Shown one piece after another: positions 52,161-62,463 of a DNA stretch of 64,000 nucleotides (position 1 is its first letter; every line of letters starts with the position of its first letter). Position numbers and translations under genes: made by a program. The stretch is from an uncultured Pseudobdellovibrionaceae bacterium (GTDB taxonomy: Bacteria; Bdellovibrionota; Bdellovibrionia; Bdellovibrionales; UBA1609): assembly GCA_963803705.1 (NCBI GenBank), contig CAWDNU010000004.1, positions 544,001-608,000 of the forward strand, in the 5' to 3' direction. The notes under the pieces were generated by a model, which did no database searches, had not been told where the DNA came from, and was given only the letters and a program-made list of their open reading frames with translations.

Positions 52161-52370
52161 GATTGTTTTATGCCAAATAAATCAATCAAAAACAAACTAT
52201 ACGCTGTGCACATCTTGGTTAACTTAAAATAACGTGTCACACCACATCCGTTTGCATATTGGACTGTGCACTTCTAACCAAGATTTTAAAAAAATTGCTT
52301 TTTATAAAGAAGATTGATTATTTTAAAATTAGAGCTACTTCGAAATACTGAAATAGACTAATATCTGTCT

Positions 52371-52895
52371 ATGTTTATACTAAAACAACTCATTAAATTG
52401 ATTCAATTGCTTCATACCGACGAAGGAACGGCAAGCTTAGCCTTAGGATTTAGCCTTGCTTTATTACCCGCCTTTGCAGGCTTTGCTTCTGTGCTAGGTT
52501 TGCTGACTTTACTACTCGTTATTTTTTTTAGAATCCAGATGGGAGCTTATTTTCTGGGATATTTCTTTTTTTCGTTAGTCTCTTTGTTACTGCTTAGGCC
52601 GATGAATAGCTTAGGATATCAAATTCTTACATCAGCATCTCTAAAACCTATTTGGCTTTCAGCAAGTAAGTGGCCACTTATGCACTGGCTTAATTTTAAT
52701 AACACCCTAGTTGTAGGTGGACAGATCTACGCATTAATTGCTTTGCCTTTCGTTTTTATTTTTCTCAAAAAGATAATACAAAAGTATAAAACCACCGTAG
52801 TGGTAAGATTTAGAAATACGAAGTTCTATAGATTTTTTGAAAGGTCTAGCCTTATTATTAAATACAATAATGTTTTAAAAACTTTAAAAAACTAA
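52371..52895 (+). CDS. TIGR03546-like membrane protein
   Basis: LA.GF.L, FNNTLV.GG motif; paired with the downstream gene. Confidence 0.7.
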   Translation: MFILKQLIKLIQLLHTDEGTASLALGFSLALLPAFAGFASVLGLLTLLLVIFFRIQMGAYFLGYFFFSLVSLLLLRPMNSLGYQILTSASLKPIWLSASKWPLMHWLNFNNTLVVGGQIYALIALPFVFIFLKKIIQKYKTTVVVRFRNTKFYRFFERSSLIIKYNNVLKTLKN

Positions 52896-52985
52896 GTCAG
52901 TCGGCATTATTTTTAAGGCAAAAAAGAATATGGATTACCAACTTTAATTATTTTTAAGTTTACCACTTACACACAAAGAGCGCCT

Positions 52986-54992
52986 ATGAATCAAACCACG
53001 CAGAAAAAGAAAAGTTTATTTAGGAAGGAAGCTTTTATACTAATTGGCTTTATAGCCGTTTTATTAATTTTGTATTTCACCATTTTTTTTGCATGGCATT
53101 TAAAATGGGTGACTCAAAGAGCACTGACTAAAATTTACGGCGCAGAGGTGAATATCAGTTCAGTCGAGGTGAACTATTTGCCCCCAGGTCTTTTATTCAG
53201 AAACTTTCAATTTACAAATCATCAAAAGCCAACACATAACTTGTTTGAACTAGGCGAAGTTAGTCTGAAACTTAACACTAATGACCTGATGTTTGCCTCA
53301 TTGGTTGCTGAAGAGGCAAAAATCGCCCAGGTAAGAATAGATCGAAAACGTAAGCGTGTTGGTTTTGTTAGTGCTGAAAGTCAAAAATTAATCTCGCTAT
53401 CACTAGATCTCAAGGAAAACAAAAAAGCAGTTATAAACAAAAAAACCAGTGGCAATATATTAGAAAATGCGATGTCTTTTTCGAAGAAGAAAGATCTGGA
53501 TGCCGAACTAAAAAACATTTTAAAAGATTTGAACACAGAAGCTATGTCGAAAAAATACACCCAAAGATTAAAGGTACAAAATGAAATCTTTGAAGACTAC
53601 AAAAATAGCCTGGATAAAGCTGAGCTTCAGAAAATCGAAACTAAAGTTGCCAGCTTGAAAAAATTAATAGAGCAAAAGGGTAGCCCAGTGCAAGTGTTAG
53701 CTTTAGGCACGGACTTATTGAAAGACATCAAAAGCAAAAAAGACAAAATTTCTACTTTAAATACTCAGGTCAAAAATCAGCTTTCTGATTTAAAGAAAGT
53801 GAAGACTGATTTTAAAGAAGATCTAAGCAGCATTAAATCAGGAATCAAAAACAAATTTAAAATCCCGGATATTAGCCCCAAGTCCCTTGCTAAGGATTTT
53901 TTTGCTGAAACTGTTAGTACAAGATTTTATCTTTTTAAATACTGGATCGAGCAAATTCGTAAAAATTCAGAGGACAAAATTAAGCAAACCACATCTAAAG
54001 TGCTCACCGAATCCCAAAGAAAACTGGTTTCATCAAAAGTTAAAAAAACTCTGGAAGCTTCCAAAAAAGAGAAAGCCATAAAGAAGAATATCGCTGATGC
54101 AAAGCTAAAAAATGCTCAGTACATAAGCTTTGGAAACAGTGCTCGCCCTAAGTTTTGGATGAAGAAAGTCTTAATTAGTGGTGATTCTAAAGCCAATCAA
54201 GACTTACAAAATTTTACAGGAAAGATACTTAATATTTCAGATAATCAATTCTTGATTAATAAACCAATTGAAATAACGTTTAAGGGAGACCTCCCTAAGG
54301 AAAATTTTTACGATTTAAAAATCAATGCACTGCTAAATCATCACGTCAAAGAACTAAACGAGGTTTTCGATATTACGGCAACCTACCCTATAAGCTCCTT
54401 TAAAATCGTTGATGACAACTCGCTGAAGGTTTATCTCAAAAAAGCTATTTCTCATACAAAGATTAATGGATCTATCCAAAAAAGTGAAGTCAGGGATATG
54501 GTTATAAAAAATTCTTTGGACAAAGTGAACTTTGATTTCTATTCATCTAAATCTGACATTAACAAATGGCTCGAACCAATTTTTACTAGTATTTCAGACT
54601 TCAATATGGATATATTTTTAGACGGTCCTCTAAGAAAGCCTAATTTAAAGATTCTTTCATCACTCGCGGATCAAGTTTCCAAGGGCTTAAAGAATCAGGT
54701 TGCAAGCCAGCTTGCTGAATTTAACTCTAAAATTGAAAAGAAAATCAGTGAAGAGACAGAAAATTTACGTAGCAAAGTATTTTCAAAAATTGATACCCAA
54801 CAAGAAAACATTGATAAAATTTTAAGTGACCTTAGGCAAAAATTGGATTCCCGAAATGTGGTCGTAAATAAGTTGTTATCAAAAAGCTCTAGCTCTAAAC
54901 TTGGAACGATCGCCGATAAGGTAGGTAGCAAGCTCACCGATAAACTTTTTGGAAAACCTAAAGACAAGAAAAGCGCCAACGAAGAGCGCTAG
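52986..54992 (+). CDS. TIGR03545-like membrane-anchored protein
   Basis: N-terminal TM, GAEVNI, P..NLF, long coiled coil, beta-rich C-terminus; adjacent to the TIGR03546-like gene. Confidence 0.7.
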   Translation: MNQTTQKKKSLFRKEAFILIGFIAVLLILYFTIFFAWHLKWVTQRALTKIYGAEVNISSVEVNYLPPGLLFRNFQFTNHQKPTHNLFELGEVSLKLNTNDLMFASLVAEEAKIAQVRIDRKRKRVGFVSAESQKLISLSLDLKENKKAVINKKTSGNILENAMSFSKKKDLDAELKNILKDLNTEAMSKKYTQRLKVQNEIFEDYKNSLDKAELQKIETKVASLKKLIEQKGSPVQVLALGTDLLKDIKSKKDKISTLNTQVKNQLSDLKKVKTDFKEDLSSIKSGIKNKFKIPDISPKSLAKDFFAETVSTRFYLFKYWIEQIRKNSEDKIKQTTSKVLTESQRKLVSSKVKKTLEASKKEKAIKKNIADAKLKNAQYISFGNSARPKFWMKKVLISGDSKANQDLQNFTGKILNISDNQFLINKPIEITFKGDLPKENFYDLKINALLNHHVKELNEVFDITATYPISSFKIVDDNSLKVYLKKAISHTKINGSIQKSEVRDMVIKNSLDKVNFDFYSSKSDINKWLEPIFTSISDFNMDIFLDGPLRKPNLKILSSLADQVSKGLKNQVASQLAEFNSKIEKKISEETENLRSKVFSKIDTQQENIDKILSDLRQKLDSRNVVVNKLLSKSSSSKLGTIADKVGSKLTDKLFGKPKDKKSANEER

Positions 54993-55260
54993 ACAGCAAG
55001 GAAAGTTCCAGCAGGCCGCGACATGTGACCCAAACAGCTACTAGTTAAAATCGCGCACTACTAACTGCTTTCTGCTAAAAGTTGCAGCGTGCGAAGCGAG
55101 TAAACTAGATGGGCCGCCAAGCAAAGGTAATGTTTATACACCACCCTTCAGTTTTGAAAGCAATTAGGCGCTTACGCACCTTTTTGCAACACTTAGGTCG
55201 AGTGTTCTTTTTTGAGAGTTTATTCTTAATATAATACGCTAATCGACCGAAACTTTTAGT

Positions 55261-56847
55261 ATGCAAACAAATAAGAAAAACACAATCAAGATAGCTTTGG
55301 GGTTTATTGTTTTAACCTCGTTACTCACTTACCAGAATTGCGCAGAGTTTACGGGCTCTGGTGACAATGAGTTCACTTCGTTTATTCCAGAAGATAAAGT
55401 TCCAGAATGTAAAGTGCTCTCCAGCTCAAATTTCAATCCGACCTTAGATTACAGCTGGGCTACACCTACAAGCTTTCCAATATATAAACAAGTAATAGCT
55501 TCCCCGTCTGTCGGTGATATTAATGCTGACGGCTACCCTGAGATTGCATTCGTAAGCTTCCAAGGAACTAATTACCAAGCCAATAAAAATGGGGTTCTTA
55601 GAGTTCTGGATGGAAAAACTAAAACCGAGCTTATTAGTATAGGATCCTTAGACATTGCACCCAGCGGCGGTGTTACACCGCTTCTGATTGATATCGACGG
55701 AGACGGCAAAGGAGAAATAATTTATCCCTATTATAATAGTAACGAAGTTATTGCATTAAATAACGACGGAAGCCTACGATGGCGGGCAAATACAAGTTTT
55801 AGCTACAATTGCTACGGAGGGTTTTCTGGTGCGGATCTTAATGGCGACGGCACGGCAGAAATTATAAAAAATGGCGAAATTTTATATGAAGTTAAAAATT
55901 CAGATGGCACTTATAATGTTATGGTAAGACGCTACAAAGAAACCGGCAACGGTTGTTCACATTTCGCTATGAACTTAACCACTAGCGATGCTAGCATGTC
56001 TATTATTGACAGCACAGGAGTTTACGACTTAAGAAACGGTCAATATTCACCACGTTTTTCAGTTATCAACTTACAGTGTGGATTTTCGTGTTTTGCTGGT
56101 GCAGCAGATGTGGACTCTACATTTCCTGGTAAAGAAATTATATACACCGGAGCAGGATCCTTTAGGATTTATTCAGCTTCTGGCCAGTTAATAACCAACA
56201 AAAATTTAACGGATCACTATCCTGAAGACAGATGTGTATATAGTGATGGGGACCGCGTTGGCGGCGGCTCTGCTACAATTGGTGACTTTGATGGTGACGA
56301 ATCTACGGTAGAGTTTGCAATAGCCACAGGGCGCTCACTTACAATTTTCGACAAGTCAGGAAACAAAATTGCTGGTAGTAGGACAAATGATTGTTCGTCG
56401 CTTGCAACCGGTGTAACCTCTTTTGATTTTAACGGAGATGGCAAACCGGAAATCCTATACAATGATGAAACTAATTTCAAAGTTTATAAGGTTGTTGAAA
56501 ATAGTGCAGATTTAGAAGTTTTGTGGGAAACACCTAATACAACCGGAACCTTATGGGAGTACCCAGTAGTGGCTGATCTGGACAATGATTATAGTCCAGA
56601 AATAATCGTAGTTTCAAATCAAGTGTACTCTGGCACTAGTGGACAAAATGGACTTCGAATATACACTGCAAATAAATCTACAGATCAGTGGATGCCAACT
56701 CGAGGAGTATGGAATCAACATAATTACTTTATTTCCAATGTAGATCTTAATTTGAGGGCGACAAGTAGCACTTCCGTGACTGATCAGTTGGCAAAAAACT
56801 TTAGAAGAAATCTACCCGGCCAAGATTTGCGCTGTAAATCCAGATAA
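55261..56847 (+). CDS. Exported FG-GAP/VCBS-repeat beta-propeller protein
   Basis: Signal ending LTYQNC; repeats GDINADGYPEI, DIDGDGKGEI, DLNGDGTAEI, FDFNGDGKPEI; WNQHNY. Confidence 0.85.
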   Translation: MQTNKKNTIKIALGFIVLTSLLTYQNCAEFTGSGDNEFTSFIPEDKVPECKVLSSSNFNPTLDYSWATPTSFPIYKQVIASPSVGDINADGYPEIAFVSFQGTNYQANKNGVLRVLDGKTKTELISIGSLDIAPSGGVTPLLIDIDGDGKGEIIYPYYNSNEVIALNNDGSLRWRANTSFSYNCYGGFSGADLNGDGTAEIIKNGEILYEVKNSDGTYNVMVRRYKETGNGCSHFAMNLTTSDASMSIIDSTGVYDLRNGQYSPRFSVINLQCGFSCFAGAADVDSTFPGKEIIYTGAGSFRIYSASGQLITNKNLTDHYPEDRCVYSDGDRVGGGSATIGDFDGDESTVEFAIATGRSLTIFDKSGNKIAGSRTNDCSSLATGVTSFDFNGDGKPEILYNDETNFKVYKVVENSADLEVLWETPNTTGTLWEYPVVADLDNDYSPEIIVVSNQVYSGTSGQNGLRIYTANKSTDQWMPTRGVWNQHNYFISNVDLNLRATSSTSVTDQLAKNFRRNLPGQDLRCKSR

Positions 56848-56885
56848 AAACTGTAAAAAAAGTCACTATCTTGCATAGCAGGTTT

Positions 56886-57083
56886 ACTTTAATTTCGAAC
56901 TTTAGAAATAAGTATAGAGATAACCTATAGCTTAAAAAGCTCAAACATACTTTGTCATTGGGCTTGCAATAATAAGTAATTATACTTCTAAGCTATGAAG
57001 CATGTGCAAGCCTGCATGCCAAAGAACTCGTTTTTAAGCTATAGGTTATCTCTATACTTATTTCTAAAGTTCGAAATTAAAGT
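56886..57083. repeat. Long palindromic element P4
   Basis: Perfect 53-bp arms 56886-56938 and 57031-57083; inner GGCTTGCA/TGCAAGCC pairing; right arm overlaps the last 7 nt of the TlpA gene. Confidence 0.95.
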
Positions 57084-57661
57084 GAGTCTATAAATTTAAG
57101 AACGTTAGGATGGTCCCAATCCTCGATCCCCACGATTTTTCTTAAAACCTTAAAATCAGACCCTATCAAATAAGACTCAGGCAAAACCTCTGTCCCATAC
57201 AAGCTAGTTACTTCACCCTTAGGGTCCCAATAGAAAAAAATCTTACCTTTGGCCTCTGGAAAAGACTTAATAAAATTTATAGCATCTTCTTTATTTTGAT
57301 CTCTGTTGATGGCAACTATTTTCACGTTGGGTCTTTTCTCAATTAGCCCAATCATATCTGGAAACTCTTGAATACAAGGTTCACACCAGCTTGCCCAGAA
57401 ATTTAGAAGTAAAATATTGCCTTTCAGATCAGATAACTTAGTGATCTTTGATGCATTTGGCTTTTCACCACTGTCTAATTCGGTAAATTTGAAATCAAAG
57501 GCGCCTTCTGATTTCATCTTTTTTAGTTTACCTATTGAAGACAGGGTCTTGTAAATATCATCCTGCCCAAGTTCAGAGTATATTTTTTTCGTGTACAGGA
57601 TACCTGCGCCAGAAATTAAGGCCCCAATCAATCCAATAAATACAATCCACTTTAAGCTCAT
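57077..57661 (-). CDS. TlpA/ResA-like thiol-disulfide oxidoreductase
   Basis: N-terminal TM; LNFWASWCEPC; LPESYLI. Confidence 0.9.
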   Translation of the reverse strand: MSLKWIVFIGLIGALISGAGILYTKKIYSELGQDDIYKTLSSIGKLKKMKSEGAFDFKFTELDSGEKPNASKITKLSDLKGNILLLNFWASWCEPCIQEFPDMIGLIEKRPNVKIVAINRDQNKEDAINFIKSFPEAKGKIFFYWDPKGEVTSLYGTEVLPESYLIGSDFKVLRKIVGIEDWDHPNVLKFIDSL

Positions 57662-57838
57662 AATATCTCCTAAAAAGACTTGTCTAACACACTCTTAACT
57701 GCCAAGCAGAAACAGACGGGCTTGCGCAGCACTTTTTACTCCCCCTGCAGCACAAGATAGCTATCAGCTCACGCAGGCCAAGGCATGCTCGCTTTAAAGC
57801 TTCGCATATGGTTCCCCTCTACATATACTTTTTTACGC

Positions 57839-57871
57839 AAAAAAGGCTCTAGATTCAGAGCCTTTTTTTTT
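57839..57871. terminator. Rho-independent terminator after rplQ (bidirectional form)
   Basis: A6-GGCTCT-AGATTC-AGAGCC-T9. Confidence 0.85.
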
Positions 57872-57934
57872 ATCAAGTTAATTTTATAAACTTAAAACTA
57901 CGACAGGTATTAAAAAGCACAATCGCTATCCCAC

Positions 57935-58399
57935 CTATCTGTTTTCAATTCTAGATTTTTCTTGGATTTTTCTTTTATTTTTTCTAAGCTTGGCGCTTGA
58001 ATCAAGGTCCGGCTTATTGCTAATCTCTTTTTTCTCGGTCGTTGAAAAATCAACAAACTCGATGTAGGCCATCGGCGCACTGTCGCCAGCTCTTTCGCCA
58101 AGTTTTATGATACGGGTATAACCACCTGGTCTATCTTTAAATCGAGGAGCAATAGTTTTAAAAATTGTGTCAACAGTATTACCGTGAGGATACAATGAGG
58201 AAAGCACTCTGCGACTATGGATAGTGTCGTCTTTACCCCGAGTGACCGCTTTTTCAACTCTTGATCTAAGCACTTTTGCTTTTGTTAGCGTCGTTTTGAT
58301 CCGCCCGTTTTCAACTAAGGCGTCAACTAGTCCTCTGACCAAAGCCTTTCGGGGACCGTTTCTTCTACCAAATGAATTTTTAATGACCTTATGTCTCAT
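57935..58399 (-). CDS. rplQ: 50S ribosomal protein L17
   Basis: MRH, I.TT..KAK, R.GGYTRI.K..R.GD.A. Confidence 0.97.
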   Translation of the reverse strand: MRHKVIKNSFGRRNGPRKALVRGLVDALVENGRIKTTLTKAKVLRSRVEKAVTRGKDDTIHSRRVLSSLYPHGNTVDTIFKTIAPRFKDRPGGYTRIIKLGERAGDSAPMAYIEFVDFSTTEKKEISNKPDLDSSAKLRKNKRKIQEKSRIENR

Positions 58400-58411
58400 G
58401 TTAACAAATCC

Positions 58412-59473
58412 TTAATTTACATTGCTTGGATCAATTGAAACTGATCCTTCTTCGGTGTTTCTTGCGACCTGTGGAGGATTATTGGGATCCCAACCTGGAG
58501 GCGGCCATCCTTCGATTTTCATACCTAAGTTTAACCCCATACGAATCAAAATTTCTTTTATTTCGTTAAGAGATTTACGACCAAAATTTTTTGTCTTTAG
58601 CATCTCGCCTTCACTGCGAGTAACCAGCTCGCCTATATATCGAATATTAGCGTTTTTCAAACAGTTAGCACTTCTTACACTTAGTTCTAAGTCTTCAACA
58701 GGTCTAAAAAGATTTTCATTAAGAGTTGGGGTTTCAGCCTCTTCAACTTGTTCAACAGGTTCTACCGTTTCGTCAAAAGTTACAAAAACTTGCAATTGCT
58801 CTTTTAAAATTTTCGATGCTAAGGATAATGCTTCATCAGGTCTAAGCGACCCGTCAGTCCATAATTCGATTTCTAAAGAATCATAATCAGTTCTCTGACC
58901 AACTCGGGCATTAGAGACCTGGTAGTTAACTCTTTTGATTGGACTAAATAACGAGTCCACCGGAATAAAACCCACGTCCAAGCCTTCGCTATGCACTTCC
59001 GCTGGCTCGTAACCGCGGCCAAATCCTATCAGCACTTCCGCACTAAATGATGCGTTTTTTCCTAGAGTTGCAATATGTTGATTGGGATTTAGAACCTCGA
59101 CATTCGAATTGGCAGCTATGTCAGCCGCTGTCACTGGTCCTGGTCCTTGCTTAGTAATTCTAAGAAGCTGTGGGTCAGACGAGAATTGCTTGAAGCGAAC
59201 CTCTTTTAAATTCAATATAATATCGGTCACGTCTTCCATAACATCAGGTATAGTGCTGAATTCGTGCAACACACCATCAAGTTTAACAGCAGTTACAGCT
59301 GAGCCCATCATAGAGCTTAAAAGAACCCTTCTTAACGAATTACCAAGAGTCATTCCATAGCCTTTTTCCAAAGGCTCTACTTTAAACTTTCCATAAGAAA
59401 GGGATTTGTCTTCAGTTTCAAAACTTCTTGGGACAATTAAATCGGTCCAAAATTTATAATAATGCTGTTCCAT
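58412..59473 (-). CDS. rpoA: RNA polymerase alpha subunit
   Basis: [42 protein letters not shown]. Confidence 0.98.
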   Translation of the reverse strand: MEQHYYKFWTDLIVPRSFETEDKSLSYGKFKVEPLEKGYGMTLGNSLRRVLLSSMMGSAVTAVKLDGVLHEFSTIPDVMEDVTDIILNLKEVRFKQFSSDPQLLRITKQGPGPVTAADIAANSNVEVLNPNQHIATLGKNASFSAEVLIGFGRGYEPAEVHSEGLDVGFIPVDSLFSPIKRVNYQVSNARVGQRTDYDSLEIELWTDGSLRPDEALSLASKILKEQLQVFVTFDETVEPVEQVEEAETPTLNENLFRPVEDLELSVRSANCLKNANIRYIGELVTRSEGEMLKTKNFGRKSLNEIKEILIRMGLNLGMKIEGWPPPGWDPNNPPQVARNTEEGSVSIDPSNVN

Positions 59474-59487
59474 GTATGACCTTCTCC

Positions 59488-59874
59488 TTATACTCTTCTA
59501 CGTTTAGGTGGGCGACAACCGTTATGAGGAATCGGAGTAATATCTCTTAAAGAATTTACTCTGACTCCTGCATTCCCAACGGCACGAACAGCGGGCTCAC
59601 GACCAGCACCAGGACCATTCAAATAAACATCAACGGACTTAATACCTTGTTCCTGAGCTTTTTTAATTGCGTCTTCTGCAGTTAACTGAGCAGCATAAGG
59701 GGTTCCCTTGCGGCTGCCTTTAAAACCTAAGGCACCTGCTGATGACCACGCTATAGCGTTTCCTGCAGGATCAGTAACAGTGATTATTACGTTACCAAAA
59801 GAGGCATTAACATAACACCTTCCATTAGGTATATTCTTCTTAACTTTCTTTTTAACAACTTTCTTATCAGCCAT
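59488..59874 (-). CDS. rpsK: 30S ribosomal protein S11
   Basis: [30 protein letters not shown]. Confidence 0.98.
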   Translation of the reverse strand: MADKKVVKKKVKKNIPNGRCYVNASFGNVIITVTDPAGNAIAWSSAGALGFKGSRKGTPYAAQLTAEDAIKKAQEQGIKSVDVYLNGPGAGREPAVRAVGNAGVRVNSLRDITPIPHNGCRPPKRRRV

Positions 59875-59892
59875 TTATTTTGTGCCCCTAGA

Positions 59893-60267
59893 TTAAACTG
59901 CTTTTTTCTTGTTAGCGACTGTCTTTTTAGGACCTTTTCGAGTACGAGCATTTTGTCGAGTACTTTGACCACGAACAGGTAATCCAGATTTGTGCCTCAT
60001 TCCTCTATAACAGCCCAAATCCATCAAGCGTTTGATGGATAAACCAACCTCGCGTCTAAGATCACCTTCAACTTTCACCTTTTCATCAAAGTAAGTTCTA
60101 AGGTTAGCGATGTCTGAATCTTGTAAATCGTCAGACTTCATTTCTTTTTTAAAGCCTAAATCTTTGCACATCTGCAGGGCCTTTGAACGCCCAACTCCAT
60201 ATATGTAGGTTAAAGCTATTTCCATTCTCTTATTTTTAGGTAGATCTATACCTGCTACACGAGCCAT
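59893..60267 (-). CDS. rpsM: 30S ribosomal protein S13
   Basis: [35 protein letters not shown]; start corrected to 60267. Confidence 0.97.
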   Translation of the reverse strand: MARVAGIDLPKNKRMEIALTYIYGVGRSKALQMCKDLGFKKEMKSDDLQDSDIANLRTYFDEKVKVEGDLRREVGLSIKRLMDLGCYRGMRHKSGLPVRGQSTRQNARTRKGPKKTVANKKKAV

Positions 60268-60274
60268 ATTTTCG

Positions 60275-60388
60275 TTACCCTTGTTTTTGTTTATGTTTAG
60301 GATTATCACAGATCACGCGTATTACACCCTTTCGCTTGATCACTTTACATTTATTACACATTGGCTTTACCGATGGACGAACCTTCAT
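60275..60388 (-). CDS. rpmJ: 50S ribosomal protein L36 (not in the ORF track)
   Basis: Manual translation [37 protein letters not shown]. Confidence 0.97.
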   Translation of the reverse strand: MKVRPSVKPMCNKCKVIKRKGVIRVICDNPKHKQKQG

Positions 60389-60479
60389 GATTACTCCCGA
60401 CTGAACCACCCAAAATGAGCGCGATTTCCACTAGAACGCGTGAAATTAGCACCGCCGACTTTGGAAGTCTATAGTTAAT

Positions 60480-61142
60480 TCAATTTTTTTTTACAACTTT
60501 TTCTATTCGCTTTTCTATATCGCTTAACATGCCTTGTCCATCAACAACTTCCAAAATTTTCAATTCCTCATAATGTTTTTTCACCGGAAAAGTCGTTTTG
60601 GCGTATGTCTCTAATCTGTGCGCTATCACGTCTTTCGAATCATCCTTACGTTGGTGCACTTCACCACCACAAACGTCACAAACCCCTTCTTTTGAAGTTG
60701 GTTTGTAACTGGTATGAAATACAGTTCCGCAGTTTCTACACACGCGACGACCTGTTAAGCGTTCAAAAAGCACTTTATCAGGAACTTCTAAAAAGATTAC
60801 ATTTCTAATCTTAAAGTTTAGTTCCTCAGAGAGAGCCTCGAGTTTTTTGGTTTGATTTAAATTTCTAGGGTAGCCATCCAATATAAACTTATCAGTCTTT
60901 ATACCTTTTATAGCACCTTTTAACATATTTGTGGTTATTTCATCAGGAACTAAATCACCTTTGTCTATATAATTTTTTGCTTGTAGGCCAAGGGCCGTTT
61001 CTTTTTTTAAGTTATCTCTGAAAATGTCGCCAGTAGAAATATGAGTAAAATTATGTTTCTTTACGAGGATCTCGGATTGAGTCCCCTTACCAGAACCTGG
61101 TGCACCAAAAAATAACAAGCATTTTTTTTCTGCACCATTCAT
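60480..61142 (-). CDS. adk: Adenylate kinase
   Basis: GAPGSGKGTQ, HISTGDIFR, LDGYPR; Zn-lid CRNC..CDVC. Confidence 0.97.
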   Translation of the reverse strand: MNGAEKKCLLFFGAPGSGKGTQSEILVKKHNFTHISTGDIFRDNLKKETALGLQAKNYIDKGDLVPDEITTNMLKGAIKGIKTDKFILDGYPRNLNQTKKLEALSEELNFKIRNVIFLEVPDKVLFERLTGRRVCRNCGTVFHTSYKPTSKEGVCDVCGGEVHQRKDDSKDVIAHRLETYAKTTFPVKKHYEELKILEVVDGQGMLSDIEKRIEKVVKKN

Positions 61143-61143
61143 A

Positions 61144-62463
61144 CTAATACTGCACTCTCCGTCCACGAATTTTATTTGTTTTCATTAGACCGTCATATTT
61201 AGATGACAGTAAATGTGACTGAACCTGTTGGACAAAATCCAAGGCAACACCAACCAAAATTAGCAGTGAAGTTCCACCAAAATAGAAAGGAACTTTCAAC
61301 TCAGAGGCCATTATGGTTGGCATTATACAAACAAAACTCAAATAGATGGCACCAATGACAGTTAAACGGTCAAGAACGCGTTTGATATAATCTTGAGTAC
61401 TATTACCAGCGCGAACGCCTGGGATGAAGCCGCCATACTTTTTCAAATTCTCGGCCACATCTTTCGGATTAAAGACAATTTCAGTATAGAAAAAACAGAA
61501 AAACACGATAAGACCAATAAAAATCACATTATAAAGTGCACCTGCTGGCGAAAATGATTCTTGAAGAGACTTCAAGAACGGGCTGTCTACAAACTGGGTC
61601 AATGTAGCTGGAAACATCAGAAGACTGGATGCAAAAATTGGTGGAATAACGTTTGCGAAGTTCAGTTTAAGAGGAAGATGGCTAGAAGGCGACTGGACAG
61701 AATCTTTACCCATACCTCGCTGGGAATACTGGACAGGAATACGTCGTTGGGCCACTTCCATAAATATAATGAATGCAATAACCAACGCCATCGCGACAAC
61801 CAAGCCTATTGCCAATAACGGCGACATTAGTCCTTTAGAAACCTGTTCGATCAACGACTGAGTCCCAGAAGGTATTCCCGAAGCAATACCGGCAAAAATG
61901 ATCATACTCATGCCATTTCCAATACCACGTTCGGTTATCTGCTCTCCTAACCACATCAAAAAACATGTTCCTGCGGTAAGGGTGATGATTGCAATAACTT
62001 GAAAAGGTAAGAATCCGAAGTAAGGAGTTATAACTAACGGATTACCGTTGAAACTTTCATTGGCCATCCAATTTGACATTGCGTAACCCTGAACTAAACA
62101 AAGTAAGACTGTAGCGTAGCGCGTATATTGATTTAATTTTTTTCGGCCCTGTTCGCCTTCTTTTTTTAGGGCTTCTAAAGCAGGAATACCTGATTGTAAA
62201 AGTTGAAAAATAATGGACGCAGAAATGTAAGGCATTACGCCCAAAGCAAAAATACTAAACTGTTCTAGAGCCCCACCAGTAAATGAGTTAAATAATCCGA
62301 AAAGGCCGCCGCCCTGAGCTCTAAAAAATTCTGAAACAGCAACGCCATCCAAACCGGGAGTTGGGACTTGGACACCTGCTCTGTAAATTAGAAGCATAGC
62401 TAAGGTAAAAAGTAATTTATTTTTTAGACTGCTATTTTTAGTAAGACTTTCAACTGTTGACAC
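61144..62463 (-). CDS. secY: Preprotein translocase SecY
   Basis: SIFALGVMPYISASII, WLGEQITERGIGNG, IPGVRAG, FGGTSLLI. Confidence 0.98.
   Translation of the reverse strand: MSTVESLTKNSSLKNKLLFTLAMLLIYRAGVQVPTPGLDGVAVSEFFRAQGGGLFGLFNSFTGGALEQFSIFALGVMPYISASIIFQLLQSGIPALEALKKEGEQGRKKLNQYTRYATVLLCLVQGYAMSNWMANESFNGNPLVITPYFGFLPFQVIAIITLTAGTCFLMWLGEQITERGIGNGMSMIIFAGIASGIPSGTQSLIEQVSKGLMSPLLAIGLVVAMALVIAFIIFMEVAQRRIPVQYSQRGMGKDSVQSPSSHLPLKLNFANVIPPIFASSLLMFPATLTQFVDSPFLKSLQESFSPAGALYNVIFIGLIVFFCFFYTEIVFNPKDVAENLKKYGGFIPGVRAGNSTQDYIKRVLDRLTVIGAIYLSFVCIMPTIMASELKVPFYFGGTSLLILVGVALDFVQQVQSHLLSSKYDGLMKTNKIRGRRVQY

Noticed and set aside
52212..52284. ATCTTGGTTA..TAACCAAGAT inverted repeat as a further P-family member
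   Set aside because: Only a 10-bp arm and no conserved 24-mer; possibly an operator or a decayed hairpin
54993..55200. GC-richer intergenic stretch as an ncRNA or riboswitch
   Set aside because: No recognisable family motif or convincing stem; needs an Rfam scan
9507..57083. Long palindromes as ordinary rho-independent terminators
   Set aside because: Arms are 32-64 bp and mostly AT-rich, and two lie between divergent genes
57690..57830. GC-richer leader upstream of the TlpA gene as an ncRNA
   Set aside because: No recognisable consensus and only short stems
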